The notes beneath the pieces were generated by a model. It was given only the letters and a program-made list of their open reading frames with translations, had not been told where the DNA came from and made no database searches. The position numbers and the translations under genes were made by a program. Shown in pieces: positions 31,741 through 42,751 of a stretch of 64,000 bases of DNA; position 1 is the first letter of the stretch; each line of letters starts with the position of its first letter. The DNA is from Sphaerodactylus townsendi (taxonomy: Eukaryota), in NCBI RefSeq assembly GCF_021028975.2, contig NC_059428.1, positions 138,942,001 through 139,006,000 of the forward strand, read 5' to 3'.

Positions 31741-33341
31741 CTCCCTCTGGTAGCGAAGGAGGCGTGCATCTTTGGAGCTGCTCCTGGGGGCCACAGGTGG
31801 CAGGCTGCTGCTGCTGCTGCTGCAGTCATCCTATTTGTGGGTTTCTGCTAGTTGGCCCCCGTGGGAGCAGAATGCTGGACCTGGTGGTCCTTCTTGGCTC
31901 TTGGGCTTCTTGGCTCTTGGGCTTTCTGCAGGGCCAAGAGGGGCTTCTCACCTAAGCTGGCTTCCGGGGCAAATATGATGAAGTACAGGGAACGGTTTGG
32001 ACACGAGGAGCACACACCTGTTCTCTTTCTCGCCCTAGATGAAGGGCGGGACCTATGGCACTCTCTTGCTGATTGTGGGGCCAGCTCTTTGAGGGCTGCA
32101 GCCAAGCCACCCTGGTTGGTTTTCAGGGGCAGCTGTGGTGGCACGGCCCTGCCCGCCTGCCTCTTCCCCTGAGTGCTGGGAGCAGAGCTGGGCTGCCTTG
32201 GCGTGTTCACTCATTCTCTCCCTGGCTGGTGCTTCCACGCAACTAGATGTGCAGCAGCACAGGGGACCTTTTGCAGCACCTGCTGGCCCTCTCTGCCTCC
32301 TGCAGCTCTTGCCGCTGCTCAGCTGTCCCTTTGAGGCCTTTTGAGGGTGTTGCTTTGCTCATGGCAGATTTTCCTGGCTCAAGGCCGGGCCAAGCCTAAG
32401 TCTGGGCTCCACAACACAGAGCCCACCATTTGTTTTTGGAAGGCGGATGGGACTTGGTGGGGTTTTCCCCTCACAAGGGTTTCCAATTGGTAGTGTGCAT
32501 ATTTTTTTAAAAACAGGGGCTTTGGCAGCATCTGCTGCAACAGGACAAGGGTCTCCACTGTGTGGCCGAGGGGAAGCTACAGCAGCCATGCTGAGACTTG
32601 CTCCACAGTGCTGGGTGAAAATTCCACAATGTTGAGGACCCCTGGTCGAGGGAAAGGGTCAGGTGGCCCTGCCCCAGCAAGGAAAGGCCTGCTCCAAAGC
32701 ACTCCCCCAGTCCTATCAAGCTAAACCTGGCAGGGTCACCCTGGACTGGGGTGAACAGGTAGGGCCATCCTCCTTGCCCCAGTGCCCCTAAGGTCAGCCG
32801 CTTCTGTGCCCAGTGCCAGGGGCTCCTGCTGGCTTCGTTTCCCCGCTGCTGCTTCTCCCGCCTTGCCAGGCCCAGAGGTGGGGCTGGTGCTGGGTAGGCC
32901 ATGCCCGCCTTGCCCTGAGTGGTGCCCGAGTCCTGTGTGACCTGACCTGCGCCTCTGTGGCTTGCACAGGCAGGAGGGGTCGCGATGGTGCCCCTGGGGC
33001 CAGTCTGCAAAGGAGGCCCGCCTGGAACCCACAACCCAAACAGGAGGGTTTGCAATTGCAAAGCGGAAGCCCCCTCCACCCCAGCTGCAGTCCTTGCCTG
33101 GAGGGGCAGCCCACGTGCAGAGCAGAGGAAGACACCGGATGTCACACCTGGCCAATTGGGGCCCAACTCCTCTTCCTACGGGAGTTTTACCTGTTAGGCT
33201 CGGCTGGGACGGGCACCCAGAGAGGCCTACGCAAGATCTTGCGACAGATTATTGTCATGGAAAGTCTGGAAAGATGCGGGGGCGGGGGGGGCATTCCAGG
33301 AGGTCGATTGGGGACATTAAATGCAGAGCAAAGTGCCAAGA

Positions 33342-33371
33342 GTGTGTGAGTGTGTGTGTGTGTGTGTGTGT
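33342..33371. repeat. (GT)n microsatellite
   Basis: Visible dinucleotide run. Confidence 0.9.
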
Positions 33372-33449
33372 CCGGGGGGGGGGGTCTGTGTTGCCCCCAC
33401 CCCTCGTGTCAAAAACCCAAACAAGCATCAGCTTCATTCCTTGCCTGTG

Positions 33450-33455
33450 TTTACT
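33450..33455 (-). terminator. Candidate variant polyA signal (AGTAAA) for the FOXJ1-like gene
   Basis: Plus-strand tttact about 265 nt past the stop; GU/U-rich TTGTTTGGGTTTTTG follows on the minus strand. Confidence 0.35.
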
Positions 33456-33717
33456 GGAAGCAGGGTCTGCTGCCAAGAGCTTTACTTCGGCTTTTGTACA
33501 AAAATGGAAAAGTGGAAGGTGGGGGAGTCAGTCAGGGCCTCAGACCCGTGGGGCGGGGGCCACACTAGGGGACTTGCCCCCCCTGCCCCACACCAGCCGC
33601 GCCTTCTTGCAGCCGGAGTAGGCCAGCAGCCCCCAGCCAGCCAAGCGGGTGCCCCCCTCCCCCCGACAGCGCCTGCTGGCCCTCAGGTCTGGCTGGCAGC
33701 AGCAGCTCCCCCATGGC

Positions 33718-35450
33718 TCAAGCTTCCCAGGGCGCCATCCCGAGCAGGAAGGTGTCGGCGAAGGCGGGCTCCTCGTCCAGGCCCCAACTGGCCCCCAGGG
33801 GCGGCTCCTCCCCGGCTTCCTCCCACGGCTCAGTCAGAGGCTTCGAGGAGCGCAGCACCAGGTCCTCCTCCTCCTCGTGCTCCTGCTGGGCCGGGGGAGT
33901 GGTGGGCCGGGCCGGGCTCAGGGTGCCGAGGGGTGGCGGGGGGATCAGGCCGTCGAGGGCTGCACTGAGCTCCAGGTCTTCGCTGGCAGCTGCATCAGCA
34001 CCCTCCAGCCCCAGTGCCCAGCTGAGCTGGCCCCGCAGGACGGCTGCCTCCTGGCTGAGCTCTGCTGCGGCCCTCCGAAGTGTAGCCTGTGGGCCTTGGC
34101 CTCTTCTGGCCCTCCGAGGGCACCCCCGTCTGGTGCCGGCAGCAGCAGCCGCAGCAGAGGGCAGGGCTGGCATTCGCTTCCGTGGCGTCCCCCCGTTGGT
34201 CAGCCTGCCCGCGAACTGGGGGTTGAGCTGCCAGAAGCCCCCTTTGCCAGGCTCGTCCTTGCCCCGCGGCACCTTCTGGAAACAGCGGTTCAGCGACAGG
34301 TTGTGGCGGATGGAGTTCTGCGGCAGACAGACAGAAAGACAGGAGGCTTAGCAGCAGGGGGCAAGAGGAAAGGAGAAGAAGTGCCCTTCATATCCGGCCT
34401 TTCTCTCCTAAAAAGAGCCTCGGACAACCTTGGGCCAGCCCAACCTACTTCACAGGGTTGTTGTGAGGATAAAGTGGAGGAGAACACTATAAGCCACTTT
34501 GCATTCCCATCGGAAGAAGAGAAGAGGGGTTTGGATTGATATCCCTGCCTTCCTCTCCTGTAAGGAGTCCCAAAACAGTGTACAAACCCTTTCCATGCTT
34601 CTCCCCACAACAGACATCTTGTGAGGCAGGTGGGGCTGAGAGTTCAGAGACAACTGGTCACCCAGCAGGGTCCGGGTGAGGAGCAGGGAAACAAATCTGG
34701 CTCACCAGATAAGACCCTGCCACTGAAGTGGAGGAGAGGGGGAATCAAACTCAGAGTGGGTTAATGGGTGCCCAGCGCATGGCTGAACAAGTCTCCGGCA
34801 GAACCAGCCCAAGGGATTTGGGAGGCAGCAATGCGGCTCCTGGCTGGCCTCTGGCCACAGCCGTCTCTCCCACCCCTGCTGAGGCAGCAAGCGACCCACA
34901 AGGCCCCTTAACCTTGACACAAACTGCTACCCCGCCCCCCACCCCCCTGCAGCCCTTTGCCCCACCCGGACTGCCCGTTATTCACCTGCCAGCTGGGCTC
35001 TGCGTTGCGGTAGTAGCAGAAATTCTCCATGATCCAGGAGTAAATGGAGGCGAGGGTGAGCTTGGCCCCTTGGGCGGCCTGCATGGCCATGCAGATGAGG
35101 GTGGCGTAGGAATAGGGAGGCTTCGCCCGGGCATTGGTCCTGTAGTCGACTGTTCCAAGAGCTGGCAGGGGAGGCTGCCAGAAGCTGGCGCTGGAGGGGG
35201 TGAACTTGCCCGTGCTTGGGGGCATCCCCTGGCCGGCTGTGTCTCCGGCTGGAGGGCTGGCTGGGCCGTAGCAGCCCTGAAGGACCCTTGAGGGCCCAAG
35301 CTGGACAGAAGCGGAGGGTGCCTCCGGGTCAGCAGGGAGGAAGGAGAACTCCTGGAGCCACTGGAGGTTGGTGAGGCTGTCGTCCGGAATCCCGGCCCCA
35401 TGGCCCCCCTTCCAAGCCCGCAGGTGTGCAGGTGAGCTGCGGCTGGCCAT
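33718..35450 (-). CDS. Forkhead box J1 paralogue (foxj1.2/foxj1b-like), 354 aa
   Basis: Exon 35450-34986: [74 protein letters not shown]|gtgaat. Exon 34317-33718: [49 protein letters not shown]1-specific N-terminal motif and WQ|NS intron position are present. An upstream acceptor at 35492-35494 implies a non-coding first exon. Confidence 0.92.
34430..34755. mobile_element. SINE fragments in the FOXJ1-like intron
   Basis: CORE-like piece (+) followed by a Squam3-like copy (-). Confidence 0.6.
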
Positions 35451-36234
35451 GGTCCGTAGCCCCGAGCCCCACCGGGCCCTGCTTTCTCCTGCTGTGAAGC
35501 AAAGAAGGGGTGGGCGAGACGAAGGCGACGGCTGCCTCGGGAGATTTCCTGCAGGGCCTGAGACAAAAGGGATGCTGTAGCTGGCCTCCCCCCCTCCCCC
35601 GCTGGATTCGGTTACCTGTGCTCTCTTTGCCAGAGCCTTGCAGCCGCCCGCCTCTTTGGGAAGCGGCTCCCTGGGGACCAGCGATCCTGTTTCCGAGGGT
35701 GTCCAGATGGCCACAGTCGAGCCAGGGTTCATGTTCGCCTTCATTAAGGGAGTGCGAGGCTAAGCCTATTGGGCTGCAACCTGAGAAGGCCCAGGGTGGG
35801 GGGATCACAGCTCCCCCCCATGGACTAGCTAGCTGACAAAAGGCCAGAGGCAGCTGCAAGGCCCAAAAGGTATCTTTTGGCTTCTGAGAAACAGCCGTGG
35901 GTGGTGGTCAAACCACCTGAATCATTCATGTGCGTTTGAGTCACCTGGAGGGATGTGCCCACCCCAGCCCACTGCTCTGGCCCACCTTCTGCCCCCCTTG
36001 CTGTGAGCTGCAACGTTTCTGGACTGGGCCTTGCAAAGAACAACCACCGCCAAAGAAGTCTCCTCCGGGCAAAGGAGGGGGCAATAAGAGCCAAGGCGAG
36101 TCCCTGGTTGAAATGCTGGGCCGAAGGATGAGAAAGGAGCAGGCCAGGGTGGCGGGAGGGCAGGTGTGAAGTAGTCTCTCCCCCCTCCCCCCCCCAAAGG
36201 TCTTGAGGCAGGGAATTGCCCGGAACACCAGGGA

Positions 36235-36328
36235 TGAGACATGACTCTTGGCCTGGCCCTTGAACACACACCTTTCACAGGTGAGACATGACTCTTGGAC
36301 TGGCCCTTGGACACACGCCTTTCACAGG
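36235..36328. repeat. Tandem duplication, 2 x 47 bp
   Basis: TGAGACATGACTCTTGG(C/A)CTGGCCCTTG(A/G)ACACAC(A/G)CCTTTCACAGG at 36235-36281 and 36282-36328. Confidence 0.9.
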
Positions 36329-37114
36329 TGCCAACTCCTTGTCACCTTTGCAAAGCCCCTCCCCCAGAAGCTTCCTTTCTCCCTTTCACACAACCTCAGG
36401 CAGATCCATGTCGGGGTTCCCAGTGACAGGCACCGTAATCCCAGAAAGCAGTTTTGTGGGAGAAAGCCCCACCAAGTGGAAGCCTGAGCTAATCAGTGTC
36501 TGTTTGGTCCTCAAGAGATCCCAAAAACATGGCTGTTAAGGGGCTAAAGTGGATTAATTTAAACCCAGTCCTGCTGGGGTCAGGGTCTGCAAACACGGGC
36601 CAGTTTCTCTGACGTGCATCAGGCCGTCACAGGCAGATCCAAGAAAGCCCAGCAAGGGCTCGTGTGGATTGCCGACAGCACGCAGACGTGTGTCACGCAT
36701 GCACGGGAGCATGTCTTGGGCTTCGCATAACAGACCACTTGGATGTGGGTCTTTGCAGAGGCCCCAACGTTCCCATGTTGCACAACAGACCACCTCCCAC
36801 CCCTGCAGTTGAAACCTCTTCTGGCTGGGTGGCTCTCTGCGTGCAATCAAAGGGATCGCCACAAACTTTTTGCCCTTGAGAATCAAAAGCCCAGTGCCAA
36901 CCAGGAAACACAAAGGACTCTGTGTCAACACGCAGTCCTTCATGTGGCATCAGGCTGCTTCCAGTTTATGGTGACCCTATGAGTTCCTGCCCTCCCAAAT
37001 GTCCTAACCTTAACAGTGCTTTGATTATGAGTTCCTACATTGCAGGAGGGTTGGCCTTGACGGCCCTGGGGGGTTTCTTCCAACTCTATGATTCTAACAG
37101 CCTTGCTCAGGTCC

Positions 37115-37400
37115 TGCCTTTATAGAGTCAATCCACCTCTGCTTCTGCTGCCTTCCACTTTTCTTAGCATTACTGTCTTTTCTAGTGAATCTTATCTTCT
37201 TATAATGTGACCAAAATACAGTAGCCTCAGTATTGTCATTTTACCTTCTAGGGACAGATCAGGTGTGATGTGATCTAGGGCCCATTTCTTTCTTTTCTTT
37301 TCTGCAGTCCACAATATCCATAACACGCTCTTCCGAGACCACATTTCAAAGGCTTTCTTCATTGCCCAATTTTAACACCGGTACATGGTGACAGGAAATT
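37115..37400 (-). mobile_element. RTE/BovB-like LINE 3' fragment, old
   Basis: Degenerate RTE ORF C-terminal region (CTAGAAAAGACAGTAATGCTAAGAAAAGTGGAAGGCAGCAG). Confidence 0.5.
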
Positions 37401-38199
37401 CTATGCAACCTTCAGAGCACTTAATCTCCTCGCTAAAAGCATATGTTCTTCCTACAATACTTAAAGATCTGTTCTGGCTCCTTTCTGGCAGCTGCCTTTC
37501 CCAGCCTCCAACTCCGCCTGATTTATTGGTTGTCGCCTCCCTTTTGGTCAGTGATGGAGCCAAGGAATAGTTTCAGTTTCCTCTCCACCAGCCTTGCATT
37601 TTGCCTTCTTGGTGATCAGCTGTACTCCTGCCTTGGCACTTTCTGCTTTTAATTTTCTTCCGCAGTCGTTTCAGGTCGTTGCTGTTTTCCAACTGCAATG
37701 TGATGTTATCTGCATATTGTTTTGTATGTTCTTATTATTTTACATTCTGTATTGTGTTATTATTGTTGTTGTTCACCGCCCTGAGCCCTGTGAGGAAAGG
37801 CGGGTGATAAATCAAATTATAAAATAAAAAATAAAATGGATATCTCAAATGGTTAATGTGTTAGGTTGGCTCCCCACGCTGTCACCTAAATCCAAACCAG
37901 CTCACCTTGTGACATGTTCTTCATACAGACTTAAGAGATGGGGACATCAGATGCATCCCTGTCTGTTGCCTTGGCCCTTCGGGAGCCACTCTGTTTCTCC
38001 ATATTCTGTCCCCACCCACTTCCAATAAAACCGGACAATAGTTTTGTGGAAGGGTTTCACAGCCGGATTCAACTGGTGGTGGTGGATTTTCCGGGCTGTG
38101 TGGCCGTGGTCTGGTGGATCTTGTTCCTAACGTTTCACTTGCATAACCAGGCAGTAGTTTTTCTCCAGTCCCTCACGCAGACTACACTTCCCAAAATGC

Positions 38200-38720
38200 A
38201 CAGCGCGGCCAGCTACACCCCCCCCCCCCCCATGGGCGGTGTAGGCTGAAGTGCGAAATAACCTCCCTAGCCAGCCTCCGGCCTGCTCAGTTCTCGCGAG
38301 CACCATTGACTCGGCCTCCCTCACTCCGCCCGTCCATTGGGAGGCCGGCCTTCGGTGCCCTTCCTCAGCCGCTGGCCCTGTCCGGCTTGAGTGAGCTGAA
38401 GCGGGGCGAGGTCCTCTGGCTGGAGCCCCGCCACGCTCTTCGCCCGTATCTCGCTGAGGGACGGAGCCGCAGAGGCAGTGGGGCGGGGCCAAGGGCAGCA
38501 GGGGGCGGGGTTTCGCCGAGGGTCCCCCGTGGCCGCGCCGCGCCGCCTGGCCCACCTTGGATCGGGCTGTTCTGGGTCGTGCTCTTCCCGGTGGTCTCCC
38601 TGGCCCGGGCTGAGGCGGGGCCTGGCCTCGCATGTGGCCCGGCCGACGGCACCCCTCCACGCCACAGCTGAGCTTGCAGGAGCTCCGCTTGCTGCTCTCC
38701 CATGGGCGGGAGGTGGGGCA
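38200..38720. promoter_or_regulatory. CpG island between the FOXJ1-like gene and the NAA60 3' end
   Basis: CpG-dense; TCTCGCGAG at 38292-38300, ATTGG (CCAAT) at 38336-38340, GC boxes GGGGCGGGG near 38479 and 38502. Confidence 0.6.
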
Positions 38721-40111
38721 GGATAGCCTCAACCCGCCAGAAGCAGAGCACTTTGAGAGACTGCCGCCACCTACCTTCAGGGGATTTCTCTGCATTGGAG
38801 GGCATGTTTATGTTTGACCACCAAGAGTGTTCAACACCACTCACAGCAGACAGAAACTGCAGTGGCTTTGTCACCAAGCTAGGCCGGGGGTGGGGGTGTC
38901 AGTGCCTTGATGTCTTGCTGTGTGTGAATTGTAAATATTTCCCTCTTCCCTTCCTGGCAATCTCCTGGCACCAGCCCACCTTCAAAGAGCTGTGAAAGGT
39001 TTCCAGGTCCTTTGAAGCACTGTAGTGTAATTGTGGTAGAAACTGTAGTAGACATTTGGTGTGGGGCAAAACGGGGGGGGGGGGGGGTTTAAAGGTCCTG
39101 GATCCGAGCACTCTAGCTCAGATCCTGCTTTACTCTTTGTATTACCTGGAATAAACTGCTTTTGAACTTTCCTATGGTCTCTGTTATTTCCACGTTTGAG
39201 AGTCTGACAGTGGGTGGGTCTGTGGTTGCTACCTGTATGTTTTGATACATGGGTGGGCATTTCAACAACATCCGTAGGCCTGGCAGCCTCTCCCTGCAGC
39301 ATCCACTGGCTCGTGGGGTAGGTGAGATGCAAGGCAGGGTCACCCAAGGTACTTCATGGCTGTGTGTGTGTGTGGGGGGGGAAGGGACTTGAACCCAGGT
39401 CTGCTAAGTCCTAGCCCAGAATGATTTACCATCAACGTTAAAGATAGGCCCCTTTGCACGCTCCGGATCATTACTGATCCATGGGGTGATGTCACATCAC
39501 GTCATTTACTAGCTGGTTTGCCAACCTTGCTGGCTCTCAAAAAGGAAACCCCCTACCAGATCCAGATCTCAAAGGGATCAGCTCACCTGCCATCCCCCTT
39601 GCACCAACAGCACCTGTGTCTGCCCCCTCATTGGGGTCTGATGGGTGGAAGAAACTTTGGCAGTAGTACAGGGCAGCCCACTGGAAGCATTGGGTGGGAA
39701 ATGTGCAAAGGAAGCCAACCACAATGATTAAGCACCTTTCCTGTGAGTAGAGGCTGACAGTTTTATGGAGGACCATGAAGTCATACCTGGGGTGGAATGG
39801 GTGCTTTCCCTCCCTCTTCCACCATACAAACCTCAGGGCCACTCAGTGGCATTCCTGGGAAACAGACTCTGGTTTAAATGTAAAAGAGGATTGAAAGTAC
39901 ACATGGGGGCCCATCAGCAGCCACTGGCCACAGCGACTGAAAGCACCTTTCACCTTTAGAGGCAGCAGTGGGGAAGGCCAGGACTGGTTGGCTGGCCTGG
40001 AGGGACCTCAGGGCTCTTGTTCCCCACAAGAGTCCCATTTTCACCCAGGGAAAGAAGATGCCACACAGCAGCCACAAGAACACAACCCACAAAGAACCAC
40101 AAACAAAATGT

Positions 40112-40117
40112 TTTAAT
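40112..40117 (-). terminator. Polyadenylation signal of NAA60 (ATTAAA)
   Basis: Plus-strand tttaat; strongly GU-rich sequence follows on the minus strand. A 3'UTR exon from acceptor 42061-42063 runs down to here. Confidence 0.6.
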
Positions 40118-42751
40118 CAGACATTGAAAGTGACCAGCTGACTGTTGTTTTGAATAAATAAAAGGTACAGCAGGCAAGTGGTCAACCTCAAAACCTTTAC
40201 AGGGAGAGCAGGTGGCAGCTGCGCAGAGGGTGTCACAGGGAAGACGGAGGCTTGTTTCCCAGAAGCCACTGGTGAGTACTGGTTAAGTGCACTGAATTCA
40301 GATGTGGAAAAGTGTATGTAAAACCACAAAAGGAAACCAGAATGTACAAACTGGAACTCAAGACAGTCTCAAGCAAAAAAGAAAGATTTAGAAAAATACA
40401 TTTAGAGAAGAACACACACTATGATGTATATTAAATGGGCTCTTCCCAACCCATCCCTTGCCCCCAGGACAGAAGGGCCTTTCACAAAGAGACCCTTTCT
40501 GCTTTTTGGTGCTACAGTAGAGAGAACCAATCTGTCTCTGCGGTAACCCCCGACTGCCTGGAGCGCATCTGCTGGGTTGACAGCTGGGCTTCGGCAGCAT
40601 AACTGGGTCCTCCTTCTGAGTTCTTCTGGCTTCGCTGGCTCTGTCAGGAGGTTCTGATCCCTTCTTGGGATGCAACTATGCCCAGGGGACTAAGGACGTC
40701 CGGAGACTCACCAAGTACATGCACAAGCAACTGGCATTGTCCTCTCACGCAGGGACAAGCCCCACTGGGAGGAGGCAGGACCAACTCCAGTCCCACGGCC
40801 TTTTTCTTTCCCAATGTGGAGGTGATTCCTGAGTCCCACACCTCGGCCAGAGGCAGGGAGCCTCTTTAACAGTGTGGCCAGCGTGGTTGGGGAGGGACTT
40901 CTTGGGTCACATGGGAAGGAAAACCCCAAGCTCCCCAGAGGGCTCTGTTGCCTCCTAACTCATGGGGAAAGGGGAGAAGGTCCCTGGGAACAACGTCCAA
41001 GACCCTGAAAGGACAGACCACTGACCCCACACCCACCGACGGGAGATGCCTCTGCTGCAGCAGTAAAGCTCAACAACTGAAAAGCCCCACAGCTGCCTGG
41101 TGCCAGGGAGGCCGTCTTCCTTCTCTGTAGGCTGACTGCATTTGCAGAGCTGGAGGAACTGATTTCCCATTCCTTGAGGATCAGGGATAACATTACAGGG
41201 CTCAGTCCTGCACCCCTTTCTCAGCTTAATTGTTGTTGGAAAGTATCTTGTGCAAAACAGGCAAATAATTGCTCCACTGGAGGGCTCAAGGGCCAGGAAC
41301 CAGAGATGGAACTCAGAGAGCTCAGCCCCTGGACTTTTCCAATCCTCGCTACACCTGAAAAGGGGAGACCATTTCAAAACTGTCCCTTGGAACCTCCAGA
41401 ACACTGATGGGCAACCTCTGTCCTAAACGGGCTCCTGGCAGAAGATGCCGCACGTGCCTGGATCCCTGTTACCCAGGCTCGATTCACCCTCTGTCCTTGA
41501 GTTCTAGCTCAGACAAGAGGCAAAAGGATATATACACACTGTATACTGAATTATATACACACATTTCACTATGAAACAGCAAATTCGTTCCCTGTGTCTT
41601 CCACGTTTCCATCTGCTTCTTGCGGAGTCACAACCAGGCCAGCAAGTCCCAAACTGCAGGGCCAAGGAGCGCTCCCAGCTCCAGAGCAGGTCACAAGCCC
41701 CACCAAGACCACTCCTCCGACTTCTGCACTGCCTCCTTCCTTCAGCCCGCCACCTGGCAGGTCACCACTCCAAGCAGATTTCCAGAGTCTGCCGACATCT
41801 CCCACCTGGCGCTAGAGGACCTTGCTTGGGCACCAACAGCCGCTCACCTGCGGCACGGGGCCAGGCCCCTCTGAGACAGACTCTCTTAAGCGCCAAGCCA
41901 AGGTGGGGAACTGGGAGCCCAGCCAGGTGGACGGGCTCCCAAATGCCGCCTGGTCCACAGAAGGGCATCCTGGTCTGCAGGGTCAGGTCAGTTCACATGT
42001 GGAGCCCCTGGCTGCTTCCTCACAACAGAGCTGTGCAACTCCAGCAAACATGAGAACGGCCTGCAAGATAACCAGAAGGCTTTTTCAGGCAGAGTCTCTG
42101 CTCCACCCCCCTGCCCTCAGACCCAGGCAAGGAGGGGAGCAGATAAGTACAGCCTCACTCGACCAGGGACTAAAACAGCAGCTTCAGGGAAACCCCTGCT
42201 CAAAGTGAGCACTGCCAAATGGCGGAAACAGGGTGGAGGCTGAGTGGGGAGGAAGCTGGTTTGATATAGTGTTGGACTAGGATCTGGGAGACCTTGGCTC
42301 AAATCCCTCTTGTGCCTCTGAAGCTCGCTGGGCAACCTTGAGCTAGTCACAGTCTCTCAGCCTGACCTACCTCACAGGACTGCTGTGAGGCTAAAATGGA
42401 AGAGAATGAAATGAGCCACTTTGAGTCCTCATGAGGGTATAAGTGGATAGAATACAATAAAATTAAAAATGGCTTCTGGGAGGGTGGGCTGGCTCCCCAA
42501 CTCCTGCACGTATTTTCTAAGCGAGCCAGCCAGTCTCCTGCCTGCATCAGTCCTTCAGATCCTCCACAGTTTTGTTTTATTGAATAATGCAATATTTTGC
42601 TCCCCGCTGAAAGGGGGGAGGCTGGCAACTGGCAGCAGGGGTGGCGGATGGGGGCCAAATTCATTGCCACAGAGTCCGTCCCATCTCACTCAGCATGGCA
42701 CCCCCTTCCCTCGCTCCAAGCCATGCAGCCAGGCCGTGGCCTACCTTCGTG

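Noticed and set aside
33649-34539. Long plus-strand ORFs (296 and 212 aa)
   Set aside because: Antisense shadows of the GC-rich FOXJ1-like exon.
38700-40100. Possible C16orf90 or CLUAP1 expected from human synteny downstream of NAA60
   Set aside because: No match found to remembered motifs (PPNIYEGGL, KPKNFRLRHL, MSFRDLR).
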